A stretch of DNA of 64,000 nt from Phoronis australis (Eukaryota; Animalia; Phoronida), in contig NMRA01000551.1 in NCBI GenBank assembly GCA_002633005.1, positions 78,809 to 142,808 on the forward strand, read 5' to 3'. Made by a program: the position numbers and the translations under genes. Shown one piece after another: positions 37,701 to 46,332 of this stretch (position 1 is the first letter of the stretch; the number at the start of each line of letters is the position of its first letter). The notes beneath the pieces are model-generated. The model saw only the letters and a program-made list of their open reading frames with translations, did not search any database and was not told the DNA's origin.

Positions 37701-37940
37701 GACAGGAAAATTATGAAAACGCAACTTCTTTAGTCAAGTTTCAATCTCCCAGTGGAGAAGGATTGTTTACTGTAATTACATTTCTTTCCACAGTAACAAC
37801 AACTAAATTGAAGAACATCTGTATGTAGCTTGTGACTAATGATTAATTTTTAACAATGTTTTACTTACAGAGTGTATAAATTGGTTAAACCGGAAAATAT
37901 CCTAGGAGGTATCTCTCGTATCCTGTTGAATCGTAAATCC
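7615..37940 (-). CDS. PXDN: Peroxidasin gene model (5' partial): join of 20 exons, LRR x5-LRRCT-Ig x4-haem peroxidase-VWC
   Basis: Exons 37940-37869, 37040-36969, 35023-34952, 32073-32002, 30523-30452, 26942-26782, 26484-26367, 25695-25514, 21470-21201, 19394-19278, 18800-18639, 18123-17854, 17565-17302, 16764-16531, 14330-13050, 12570-12453, 11619-11405, 10386-10112, 9748-9632, 7707-7615. Total 4237 nt, all GT-AG, phases compatible; the domain order is diagnostic of peroxidasin. Confidence 0.97.
9173..9340. repeat. 21-bp perfect minisatellite x8
   Basis: AGAGGTAGGGTAATCAAAGAT, 8 identical copies. Confidence 0.97.
9632..9748 (-). CDS. PXDN: Peroxidasin exon (end of helical linker, first half of VWC)
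   Basis: tag|[39 protein letters not shown]|gtgagt; WxxxxCxxCxC motif. Confidence 0.92.
10112..10386 (-). CDS. PXDN: Peroxidasin exon (post-peroxidase linker with RGRR site and amphipathic helix)
   Basis: [25 protein letters not shown]...[25 protein letters not shown]; cag| and |gtgagt junctions. Confidence 0.92.
10661..11404. repeat. Degenerate ~35-bp tandem repeat in two blocks (10661-10805 and 11304-11404)
   Basis: Unit AAGTAGCGCCACCTACATCTGGCAGAGGTATTATC; the last unit overlaps the PXDN donor site at 11404. Confidence 0.8.
11405..11619 (-). CDS. PXDN: Peroxidasin exon (C-terminal part of peroxidase domain)
   Basis: [32 protein letters not shown]...[11 protein letters not shown]; tag| and |gtacgt. 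Confidence 0.96.
11872..11985. repeat. Degenerate ~21-bp tandem repeat
   Basis: (GAAAATCCCAGGTCGCCAAACT)-like units, about 5 copies. Confidence 0.7.
12453..12570 (-). CDS. PXDN: Peroxidasin exon (peroxidase domain)
   Basis: [40 protein letters not shown]; tag| and |gtattg. Confidence 0.96.
13050..14330 (-). CDS. PXDN: Peroxidasin large catalytic exon (1281 nt)
   Basis: Contains [36 protein letters not shown] and [10 protein letters not shown] motifs of the peroxidase-cyclooxygenase superfamily. Confidence 0.98.
15015..16317. mobile_element. ~1.3 kb fold-back (palindromic) element, probably a non-autonomous DNA transposon
   Basis: 15015-15671 is the reverse complement of 15678-16317 at roughly 80-85% identity by eye; loop CCACGA; flanked by direct repeat ATGTATAT(G/A) at 15006-15014 and 16318-16326. 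The inverted repeat is certain; the TE class is inferred. Confidence 0.8.
16531..16764 (-). CDS. PXDN: Peroxidasin exon (start of peroxidase domain)
   Basis: [22 protein letters not shown]...[49 protein letters not shown]. Confidence 0.97.
17302..17565 (-). CDS. PXDN: Peroxidasin exon (propeptide-like linker)
   Basis: [29 protein letters not shown]...[12 protein letters not shown]...[13 protein letters not shown]. Confidence 0.95.
17854..18123 (-). CDS. PXDN: Peroxidasin exon (Ig domain 4)
   Basis: [11 protein letters not shown]...[21 protein letters not shown]...[14 protein letters not shown]; 270 nt, phase 1/1. Confidence 0.96.
18639..18800 (-). CDS. PXDN: Peroxidasin exon (Ig domain 3, second half)
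   Basis: [54 protein letters not shown]; not in ORF track, read manually. Confidence 0.94.
19278..19394 (-). CDS. PXDN: Peroxidasin exon (Ig domain 3, first half)
   Basis: [39 protein letters not shown]. Confidence 0.95.
20814..21174. mobile_element. 361-bp MITE with TTAA target duplication (Kolobok-type ends)
   Basis: TTAA|AGGTATACTCCCAA ... TTGGGAGTATACCT|TTAA: perfect 14-bp TIRs, AG..CT termini. Confidence 0.85.
21201..21470 (-). CDS. PXDN: Peroxidasin exon (Ig domain 2)
   Basis: [39 protein letters not shown]...[25 protein letters not shown]; 270 nt, phase 1/1. Confidence 0.95.
21868..22874. repeat. ~30-bp satellite (>30 copies), continuing at 24507-24580 after a transposon insertion
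   Basis: Consensus ACATTATTGTTTGGTAGCACAGACTTGTTA with 27-33 bp variants. Confidence 0.97.
22875..24506. mobile_element. Internally deleted Kolobok-like DNA transposon (1632 bp) with THAP-domain remnant
   Basis: TIRs AGGAGAATGCCACCC / GGGTGGCAATCTCCT (14/15); flanks GTAA and TTAA at a TTAA site of the satellite; degenerate THAP on - strand. Confidence 0.85.
24120..24362 (-). pseudogene. Degenerate THAP zinc-finger (transposase N-terminus)
   Basis: With one frameshift and one stop: ..[63 protein letters not shown]; has the THAP-type FxxP, W and ICxxHF signatures. Confidence 0.75.
24845..25098. mobile_element. ~250-bp MITE-like element with ~60-bp imperfect inverted repeats
   Basis: ATGCAAAAAATATAAATCACGATAACTGGACTTACTGTAAACCAAATTTCCGA versus reverse complement of 25036-25098 ATGCAAAAATTATAAATCATGACTGCTGGACTTACTGTATAACAAATTTCCCGA. 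Confidence 0.65.
25514..25695 (-). CDS. PXDN: Peroxidasin exon (Ig domain 1, second half)
   Basis: [60 protein letters not shown]. Confidence 0.95.
25790..25980 (+). mobile_element. Probable LINE (CR1/L2-group) 3' tail
   Basis: T-rich run, then CTGGGTCCACTT..AAGTGGTCACCCAG stem-loop and (AAAT)n tail. Confidence 0.45.
26367..26484 (-). CDS. PXDN: Peroxidasin exon (Ig domain 1, first half)
   Basis: [38 protein letters not shown]; 118 nt; read manually. Confidence 0.95.
26782..26942 (-). CDS. PXDN: Peroxidasin exon (LRR C-terminal cap)
   Basis: [53 protein letters not shown]. Confidence 0.96.
27078..27720 (+). mobile_element. 5'-truncated non-LTR retrotransposon fragment (CR1/L2-group ORF2 C-terminus + 3' UTR)
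   Basis: ..[55 protein letters not shown] matches the post-RT consensus YCSxVW..LQKxAxRxI..LxWLPV..MxKxxxxxxPxYL; T-rich tail follows. Confidence 0.8.
28351..28607. repeat. 16-bp minisatellite (~16 copies)
   Basis: GCCGTTCACAGTRCAC with variant GCCGTTCACAGAACAT. Confidence 0.95.
30452..30523 (-). CDS. PXDN: Peroxidasin LRR exon 5 (72 nt)
   Basis: [24 protein letters not shown]; cag| and |gtaagt. Confidence 0.95.
32002..32073 (-). CDS. PXDN: Peroxidasin LRR exon 4 (72 nt)
   Basis: [24 protein letters not shown]; cag| and |gtaagt. Confidence 0.95.
32730..33516 (-). mobile_element. Helentron/DINE-1-like non-autonomous element with internal ~145-bp tandem repeats
   Basis: On - strand: T-run, short inverted repeat (ATGTGCCCACA..TGTGGACACAT), (GTCC/GTCT)-type microsatellite 33434-33474, then five 135-149 bp units; far end not resolved. 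Confidence 0.7.
33731..33780. repeat. (CAT)n microsatellite
   Basis: About 8 CAT units with degenerate flanks. Confidence 0.85.
34952..35023 (-). CDS. PXDN: Peroxidasin LRR exon 3 (72 nt)
   Basis: [24 protein letters not shown]; cag| and |gtaagt. Confidence 0.95.
36969..37040 (-). CDS. PXDN: Peroxidasin LRR exon 2 (72 nt)
   Basis: [24 protein letters not shown]; cag| and |gtaagt. Confidence 0.95.
37095..37576. repeat. Degenerate CA/CATG-rich microsatellite ending in a 113-bp tandem duplication
   Basis: (CA)n/ACATGC-rich tract; 37351-37463 is nearly identical to 37464-37576. Confidence 0.9.
37869..37940 (-). CDS. PXDN: Peroxidasin LRR exon 1 (72 nt); most 5' coding exon found
   Basis: [24 protein letters not shown]; cag| and |gtaagt; begins like vertebrate PXDN LRR1 ([10 protein letters not shown]). 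Confidence 0.95.
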
Positions 37941-38449
37941 CTGAAAGCAAACAGTAAGTTGAAACAATTGTTACACCAAGTAATAATAAATGCCATTGAC
38001 TAACATACACTCTTGTGGTCCCAACATTAGTATGCAACAGTACAATGCCCCAAAAGGCAAAATAAATGTTCACTAATTCATAATGAATCCAAAAATATTA
38101 ACATCATTTTGCTGAAACCACAAGCAGTAAATGGATGGGGTCATTGGACAGTTCAGTAAAGATTTTCAAACTTTTCAACCCAGAAATGCTTTTAACATGT
38201 CTTAAACCTTTTTGAACTTCACAGCAGACAGTGTCAAGAAGTCTAGTTTTAATCCTATTCATTAAATACAACCACACGCAGGTCAGTGACTTAGGAAGTA
38301 TCCTTGGTTTGTAAGGCAGGATGGCACTAACTAATTCTGGTCACACTGTAACTGTATACCAAAGAGTAAATGGCACTTTGCAAGCTACAAATGCACTCAA
38401 AGAATTACATGTTGGGTCTTGGTGAATTATGGACATCTAGTTAGACAAC

Positions 38450-39280
38450 TGGTGATGATGAAGACTAGAGACAACTTAAGACAAATATTAACAGCACAGA
38501 TGATGACTACAATGATAAATGATAATGATCAGGATGATGTTGATGACAATGATCGTGACGACAATGATGAAGCTGACAAATAATGGTGACAATGTTGATG
38601 ACAAAGATGTTGACTGCAGTGTTGGATGATGACCAGGATGACAAAAAAATGGTGACAATGTTGATGACCAAGATGATGATCACTGCAAAGTTGGACGATG
38701 ACGACAGTGATGAAGAGGATGACAAACTACTGACAATAGTGATGACAAAGATAAAGGAAGGATCATGATGGTGATGGTGATGACAGATGATGATGATAAC
38801 AGATGACTACTGATGATTGATATGATGACAATGAGTCTGGTGGAGACTTGGTGGAAGTAATACTAATGAGAAAGGAGGAATGTTAATGGTAAAGATTAGA
38901 ACAGTAACACAGGATGATGAAAAGCACCATGAGAAATGGCGAGTGATGGATGTGAAACAAGCTGATGGTAATGGAGGTTGCAAGTGACGCATGTGAAACA
39001 AGCTGATGGTTATGGAGGTGCTGATTGATGCAGTTGAAACAAGCTGATGGTTATGGAGGTGCTGATTGATGCAGTTGAAACAAGCTGATGGTAAAGGAGG
39101 TGGCGAGTGATACAGGTGAAACAAGCTGATGGTAATGGAGGTGGTGACAGTGGTGGTGACTGTGATGTAGATAACAACAATGTTAGCATTGAAAACAGTG
39201 ATGGAGGTAGTGATGGTGGTGATTAGAAAGATGACAACATGTGATCCGTGATGTTGACGACACCGAAAATTGAATGTGAT
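38450..39280. repeat. Degenerate (GAT/GAC/GGT)n low-complexity tract with embedded ~41-bp repeat (38954-39145)
   Basis: GATGAT/GACAAT runs; GAAACAAGCTGATGGTWATGGAGGT unit about 5 times. Confidence 0.85.
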
Positions 39281-39281
39281 G

Positions 39282-39520
39282 ACAATAGTAAGAGGCGAGG
39301 ATACAGCTATGATGACGGATAGTCATGGCAATGAAAATAGCATACATTAATTTAGCAAAACATGTCAACAGTGCACAGCTTGATAATTTACATCAATGTA
39401 CAATAGTAAGAGGCGAGAATACAGTTATGATGACGGATAGTAATGGCAATGAAAATAGCACACATTAATTTAGCAAAACATGTCAACAGTGCACAGCTTG
39501 ATAATTTACATCAATGTACA
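39282..39520. repeat. 118-bp tandem duplication
   Basis: 39282-39399 is nearly identical to 39400-39517. Confidence 0.9.
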
Positions 39521-42500
39521 GTAGTTGGCCACTCTCATTTCATCCAAGAGACAGTTGATTTTGTCCATTTTTATAATTGAAGCTGCATTCCTGAGGTTAA
39601 AAACATTCTAGGAGTCCCTGGTTTTCTATTTTCAAAATATGTTTTGGCAATGAAATGTAAGTTTTCTGCGTTTTCGAAACAATGAACTTTCCAAAGTGAA
39701 GTAATAATGATCTTGGAATTGCTTTACTTTCTCAACTGAATTATGCTGCAGCTTTGTTTTACCGATAACTTGCTGCACATCATGTTTGCGAACATTTCTC
39801 AAAACCGGAAAAGAACGCTACCTTTAGAAAGAATCAGTGAACAACAACTTGAACATGCCTATTCGGAACAATCGTCCATTAATTTATGGTCAAAATAAAT
39901 CAAATTTGATGGACTATATTCCTAATTTTTGGTAATTAAAAACCCAAATTATTAGAATTGTGGCATCTGCAACTGAAAAATGTAAAATAAGTTCGAAATC
40001 TCCAAATCTGTGAATGAACTCAGATTTCGTGAATTCTGTCCGTTTTCCCTCATCGTTGTACACAAAAGTTTGTGCACCTAGACGCAATCACATGCCTGCC
40101 TTATGGAGTCAGAGCACCCCATACACTTTCAATTACTTCCACACACTAGCAGTTGAAAAACTAACAAATTTTCTTAAAACAACACCTGTTTTACAAGGGT
40201 CGAGCTGTGTAAATCACATTCCATGACAAATTATGTTCTTTATTCTTGTGATCAACACCAGCAAACTAATCAAGGAGTGCTGCAACACCAAAATAGTTCA
40301 CATTTTCAGTACATGGATACCCCGATTCCTTGAGTAGCCTATGCCACCAATAACACACTATCAACTGACCCAAGGTAAGTTATGTGATTTACATGACATC
40401 ATTTGTCATCCATCTAAAAATGATTTATAGGCTCAAGAATAGCTACTTCTAACACTATATGGATTTAGAAACTCAGACCATTGAGAATGTAGCCAGAATG
40501 AGCTCAGTATAACGGTTACATTTTACATCTCGATGGTTTCTATGGAAATTAAAGGTTCCTTGAATAAGCGCTGATATCATAAAATTGAAAAACAATTCCG
40601 TTTCTCCCATATAATACATTTTCATTGCATTGCACTCTGTCCGACAGTAAGTACACCATAGCAATGTTTTGTTGTCTTCTTCGTTTCAAAACATCAAACT
40701 GTACTAGAGCTGATGCCAGTTGATATTAATGATTTAAACAGAGCTTTTGGTACTGTTAATGTCACCACACACGCTTTCTTCATTAGAGAGGTTTCTAAAC
40801 AAATATAACAAGTTTTCACTTACACAAACACCCTGATCCTCAGGTCATTAACCTTTCAAGATAACAGATTTTTGATGCCAGTAGATTTTACCTTGGCACT
40901 TGGGGACACAATATCTAGACCCAAAAAATATTTCAAAGAGGAATAACAGGAAATTTTCATAGCCTCTGTGTATTCAAAGTAGACCACTGCTAGTCTTATA
41001 CGAGTTATTTCAGATGTTGGGTTCAAGAAACACTACTAGTATATAACAGTGAATGTCAAGTGACTCACAGGGAGTTACAACCACCATAAGCAAATTATAC
41101 TGTCATTTTAGGATACAGCAAAATTGGAACATTCAGTTAAAATTTCTGAAGATTATCAAACAATAATGACACTATTTAGAAGTACAGTTAGTCCAGGTTG
41201 CCTTGGGAATTAACCAAATAGATTTGAGCAACCTAAAACAGTATATCTCAAAAACATATAAGCTGGACATGGAATACAACGTCTGACGTAAACATGGTAT
41301 GTAAACTATCTTTTTTAAGGCCTCACCAAATACTTCCTTTGAAGTTGACAAATGAAAACATATGCGTAACCTACTCAAAAACAATGCTCTAGACTAATTT
41401 CATCATGTTGATTCCACTGGAACAGTAACTCAGTAATAGAAATCTAAACAGTTCCACATCCAGTGCAGGTTGGGTGCCTGCAGAAATACTCAGTATTCAG
41501 TGCTACACTAGGTTGATTGGGTCATACCTGTAGAGTAAAATGAAAATAGTTTTGTCCCCAGACTAACCACTATTTTTACGAAGGTAGAGAAACCCAATGT
41601 GGATGCAAGCAAACATCAGGCCCTTATCATATCAATAAATCAGACAACCAAAGAAATTTACTGCCTAATACTACCATTTGTCTAGCTTGGCAAATTTCAC
41701 CAGGATTACAACTGTGGTAACTGTGCAATTAGTTAGTAAAGCATTATTGGAATTAGACCATGACAGTTGTATTAATGTTGATATGAAGTAGTAATCAACA
41801 CACCACAGCATATGTGTAGTGCCAGTGCTTGATTTTTGTGCAGCATTGTGGGTAAAAATACTACAGTGTTAGCATGGGGTTGTAGCATTTCAGGACAGGC
41901 CAATTCTGTTATGACCGACATATTCTTCACAGACAATTGCCATCCAGGACCCAGTGCAACTTAAAGGAGTTTCAGTGCCAACTGCCACGCTGCTTAGACC
42001 TTTCAGACCAGCTTCATAGACTATCAGTAATACTGAAGTTATCACTTGTGGTTGCTCGAGCCACCAAAGTTATTGCCAAACGGTACTGCGAAAAAAATAT
42101 GTAAGCATATTTTTTAAACATGAAAAATTGTGTACCGTATATGGTTAATAAACAAAATGATGTGCTTATAGTTTCAGAATAGTTTTGACCGCAATTAGTG
42201 AGATTTTACCATATTTTAGAAGAGTATTTCAACAGGAGCAGTTTAAGGTCATGACCAATGAACATTTAACCAAAATAAGCAACTGCTTTTATACTCAAGC
42301 TGCTTTTTATTTTGAAAGTGATGTGTTTTTAAGACTGCGACAGATTTAATATCACAATACATCCGAGATCCTGCCGATGTTGCTCAGTAAGCCTCGTGTT
42401 TCAGTAACAAATCAGATGAACAGACAGTTACTTTGACCTCATAAATGTGGTGAACAACAGTGACAATCTTTTCAAATTCAATTCAAAGTAATAAAATAGT

Positions 42501-44120
42501 GTCACTTCATCTCAAGCCCAGCATCAACTTCAAACCTCACTAAAGAACCACTTCGTGTAGTTAACAGTTCTCAGGAAGTCATTGAAATCAGCGAAAGCTA
42601 TTTTGATACTGAAAGTAGTCCAGAGCAAGAGTTATGTTCCGTTATGTCGCTTTCCTGCCAACCCGCCAACACCCCTCTTTTATGGAGTTCCGCTCTATGA
42701 GAAAGCTCAACTCCCGCAGTCATTCCAACTCCTCTCAAAATATGTGGATTGAAGTACATAGTATCACAACTCTGCTTCAGTGAGAAACATTGTTATTAAG
42801 GGTAATTCCAATATAGTCAATCAATGAGAAAGATAAGCGGAGTTGCGGTAAACTTGCTGCGACAGACTGCAGTTCCTCGATGCAATGTTGGTGGGAAAGT
42901 GTCATCATAAATAGATTGTGGTCATCAGTCCGCACAATCAACATAGAAAACATAAAAAGTCACCACAGTTATCAACTGTTCCATTTGCACCACTGCACTT
43001 CAATTCACTAGTTTACACTTTGAAAAGGTGTAAACATGAGGTCAAATCAATAGCTGGAGTATTGTTACAATCCAAGAGAAAATAACTTATTTACAATAAG
43101 AACAGTGCTTCAGGACAGATCATTCGTTATTTTTAAAACACGTTTTCTAGTACATAGAAAACAACACTAGTCTAATGATTTCCACATATTTCCTTCAGGG
43201 TATAACAGTTCAGTTGTTTTAAGTGAAAACAGAAGTAGGGTATGGTAAATGTTGTTCAATTAAGCATGCAACGAGGTGGACAAGTTAAAATTTTATTATC
43301 AACATTTTTCAACAAAAAACGGTCGAAAAATCTACTCTGTCATCACCATGGTTTTTACTACATGGTTATACTAAAACAAAAAGGGAACATTTTGATTATT
43401 GTAACAATGTAATCAGCTTTTTGAGAAGTTGCCAATATGAATTTTTTGGCAATTATTTTTGTGATATTACCAAAAGCATACTTGTGTGGTTATCCACCAA
43501 CTAACTCTACTCCAAATACCTCAAGTTGTGTTGCACCGGAAATTGTAACAGCAGCAACTCTAGGGTCACCATTTATCCTGGAGGAAGCCTTTGGGCACAG
43601 GGCACATTTATCTTGTTATCTCTCTATGTTAACATGATGTTTTTATCACATTCACAGTATGACTGAGGATAAAAAATCAACACATAGCTACACTCAAGAT
43701 GCTACATCACAAACAGAAGATTGTAAGAATGTTAACTTGTTTGAACTGGATGTTCACTGCACAGTAGTCACATAATTCGAGAAACACAACTTGTGCTTTA
43801 ACTTGTCCTTCTTTGAAGTACTCCTAATCAAGATTTCCTTCCTTCATTGCAGATCGGTCAGTCACCAGTCAGTGACCACCAGTCAGTGACCACCAGTCGG
43901 TGAAGAGGAAGGAAGACGACACCAAGTGAAGAGCAAAGTGAACATTCGGTTTTATGACACAGATAGCCATGGCATGAGGCAATAGGCCTAGTCGCTACGT
44001 AGTGACAAAATGGTGGACAGTGTTCTGTATTAGGTTATGTAGGATTTTATCAACAAGTCGTACATATTTTCTGAATGTAGAAAGTCTATAAAATTTGATT
44101 TTAAGTAAATTTTAGCAAAA

Positions 44121-44460
44121 AAAGAAAGGTACATTGATAATGAAATAGTGGTATCAATAACATGAATAAAATTATAAATGTTCAAGATGAAATTTAAAAA
44201 AACTTGTTAATGTTACAATTTTCAAAATTATCATTTCCTTTTAGTTTTATGCTAATTTTGAGTTTTTTCAAGAAAATCAAGTCATATTTTTGGTAGCTTG
44301 TCATGCAAAAGTGTGGCATTTTAAAAACAATTCCAAACTGGTATTGGTTCACAATATATAAAGTACAGTATCTGAAAACTTCAATTGAATCCAATCTACC
44401 ATTTCGGAGACATAATGTTTCAACATTAGCCGAAACTGGTCAATAGTCCAGGGTCCTGCA
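44121..44460 (+). mobile_element. Copy of an old ~330-bp dispersed repeat family (others at ~46431-46770 +, ~52995-53250 +, ~54470-54765 -, ~59752-60100 +)
   Basis: Shared AAGAWMGGTACATTSAT start, TAAATGTTCAARATG and AAAAACAATT blocks, and CTGAAAGTTTCA..GAATCC..CCATTT block. Confidence 0.6.
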
Positions 44461-46259
44461 TAACCTATGCATTTTTTACAAATTCTGCATGATAATGTGC
44501 TAGCCAAAATGCTACTGTCCATGAATGAAACAAAATGGGTCAGTCTTACACCAGAATTCAACATTGGGTCACACAAATGACACTGACAATGAGTTGAACG
44601 TCAGGCAATTTTGCCATGTGTTTTTATGTTGAACACTACATAGCAAAACAATTCAAATATCAGGATTGCCATTGCCATCAAAAATCTTTTAATAGGAGTG
44701 TGTAAATTTATGATTATTGCTGGTCTATGAGTTCAATATCATTAACAAATGGTTATAGATTTGTTAAAAATCCTTATTTCAAGACACTTAAATTGATTAC
44801 TATCAGAATATTTGTTATGGCTGTGATATGAAATAATTGATATTTGAGATTTAAGGAAAACGAATAACAGTAATGCATGAATCAATGGTTTCATTAAAAC
44901 TTCTCACATTAAACCATAAATCATGAAATGTAAACTTATCACCTTTTTCCGACAAACTTTTTTATTCAGACCTGAACAGACCAACCTAAAGTAAAGACTA
45001 CTTATATTATAAGATATTATTTCTGTAACTCGACCTGTTGTACTGTAAGTTCTCGCTATACTGCGGGGAATTCCAACCATAGTAGACCAAACATAATGAA
45101 ACTCTTACAACCTGGCAGTTAAATATTTTGATCTTTTCAACAAACACTTGTTCACAACAGTAGACAAATTCCAAAGCAACACTGGAGAATGTTTGAGCTA
45201 ACTGTGGGACAACAAATACAAAATATGACAGGCAAATTAACCATACCCAGGATGCAATTTTATGTACTTAAAGGAATACCTACACAGAATTTAACATAGT
45301 ATTCGTGAAAGGAAGATGTCCCTGTTTCAAACTATGACAAAATGTAAAGTCACCCCTTCCCCATGCAAAATCAAATGAACGATAATCAGGGTTAATTCGA
45401 CAGCAAGAAAACAAAAGTTGTCGACACAAGGTTCTGAAGAGGGGGCGGTACCATTATTGCCTAAAACATCCCACCCCGCACCCCCCCCCCCACCCCCACC
45501 CAAGCAAGATACTACAAACCAGATTCTGTTCGCTCATGATGATCATATGAGATTGGCGAGAAGTCTAGCATTTCACACCTGCCTGTTATGAGAAGAAGTG
45601 AATAAATGCCTCAATTAGTCCCAATATGGCCGATATGACACTGATCTGTAAGTTGATTCTGATGTCCTGTCAGTCCTCAAATAAGAATTCCCTAGTATGC
45701 AAGTCTGGTTTCCTTCCCTAACCCCTGGACAAGTATCTTATCCAGTGAAATGGAATGTTAACACAGCCACATTCAACATCAACAACTGAGGAGGGCCCTT
45801 GACAACATGTGCCTTTCAGTCTCAATCCTGTGCAGGGGTTTAGATGTTCACTTTCATGAATGCCAACACTTGAGTTCTGAGACAAAGTTTTATCCTCAGA
45901 ATGTCAAGAGGTCTGTTTTGATTTCTGCTACAGACAGTTATGATAATTAACAAACTAAGTAGACCATGAAAGGCTAATGTATAGGTCTAAACAGAGGATG
46001 GAGACAGAGTGTTCTAAAATATAACATGCCTCATAGTTACAACAAATGTTTAGAGCAGACACACTCTACACACATCTTTCCACTTTTAAATTTAATAAAA
46101 AGGATCTCAGAGCACACCAATCTAGTTTAAACTTATTTCCAAATACCGCTCTTTCAACATCTCATGAAATGTTATCAAAATAATCAGAATTCAGGCTTAA
46201 TAGGACCTCCTTTTATCAACAAGTATGTGCGCTTAGCAAAATATCTACACAACTATATA

Positions 46260-46332
46260 ATTTAGCTCAGTAAGAGTGCATATTTTAGATCAGTAAGAGT
46301 GCATATTTTAGCTCAGTAAGAGTGCATATTTT
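46260..46332. repeat. Short tandem repeat x3 (~23 bp)
   Basis: TTTAGMTCAGTAAGAGTGCATAT three times. Confidence 0.85.

Noticed and set aside
37075-39368. His-rich and Asp-rich ORFs resembling biomineral proteins
   Set aside because: CA and GAT low-complexity tracts with frequent stops and frameshifts; no exon structure
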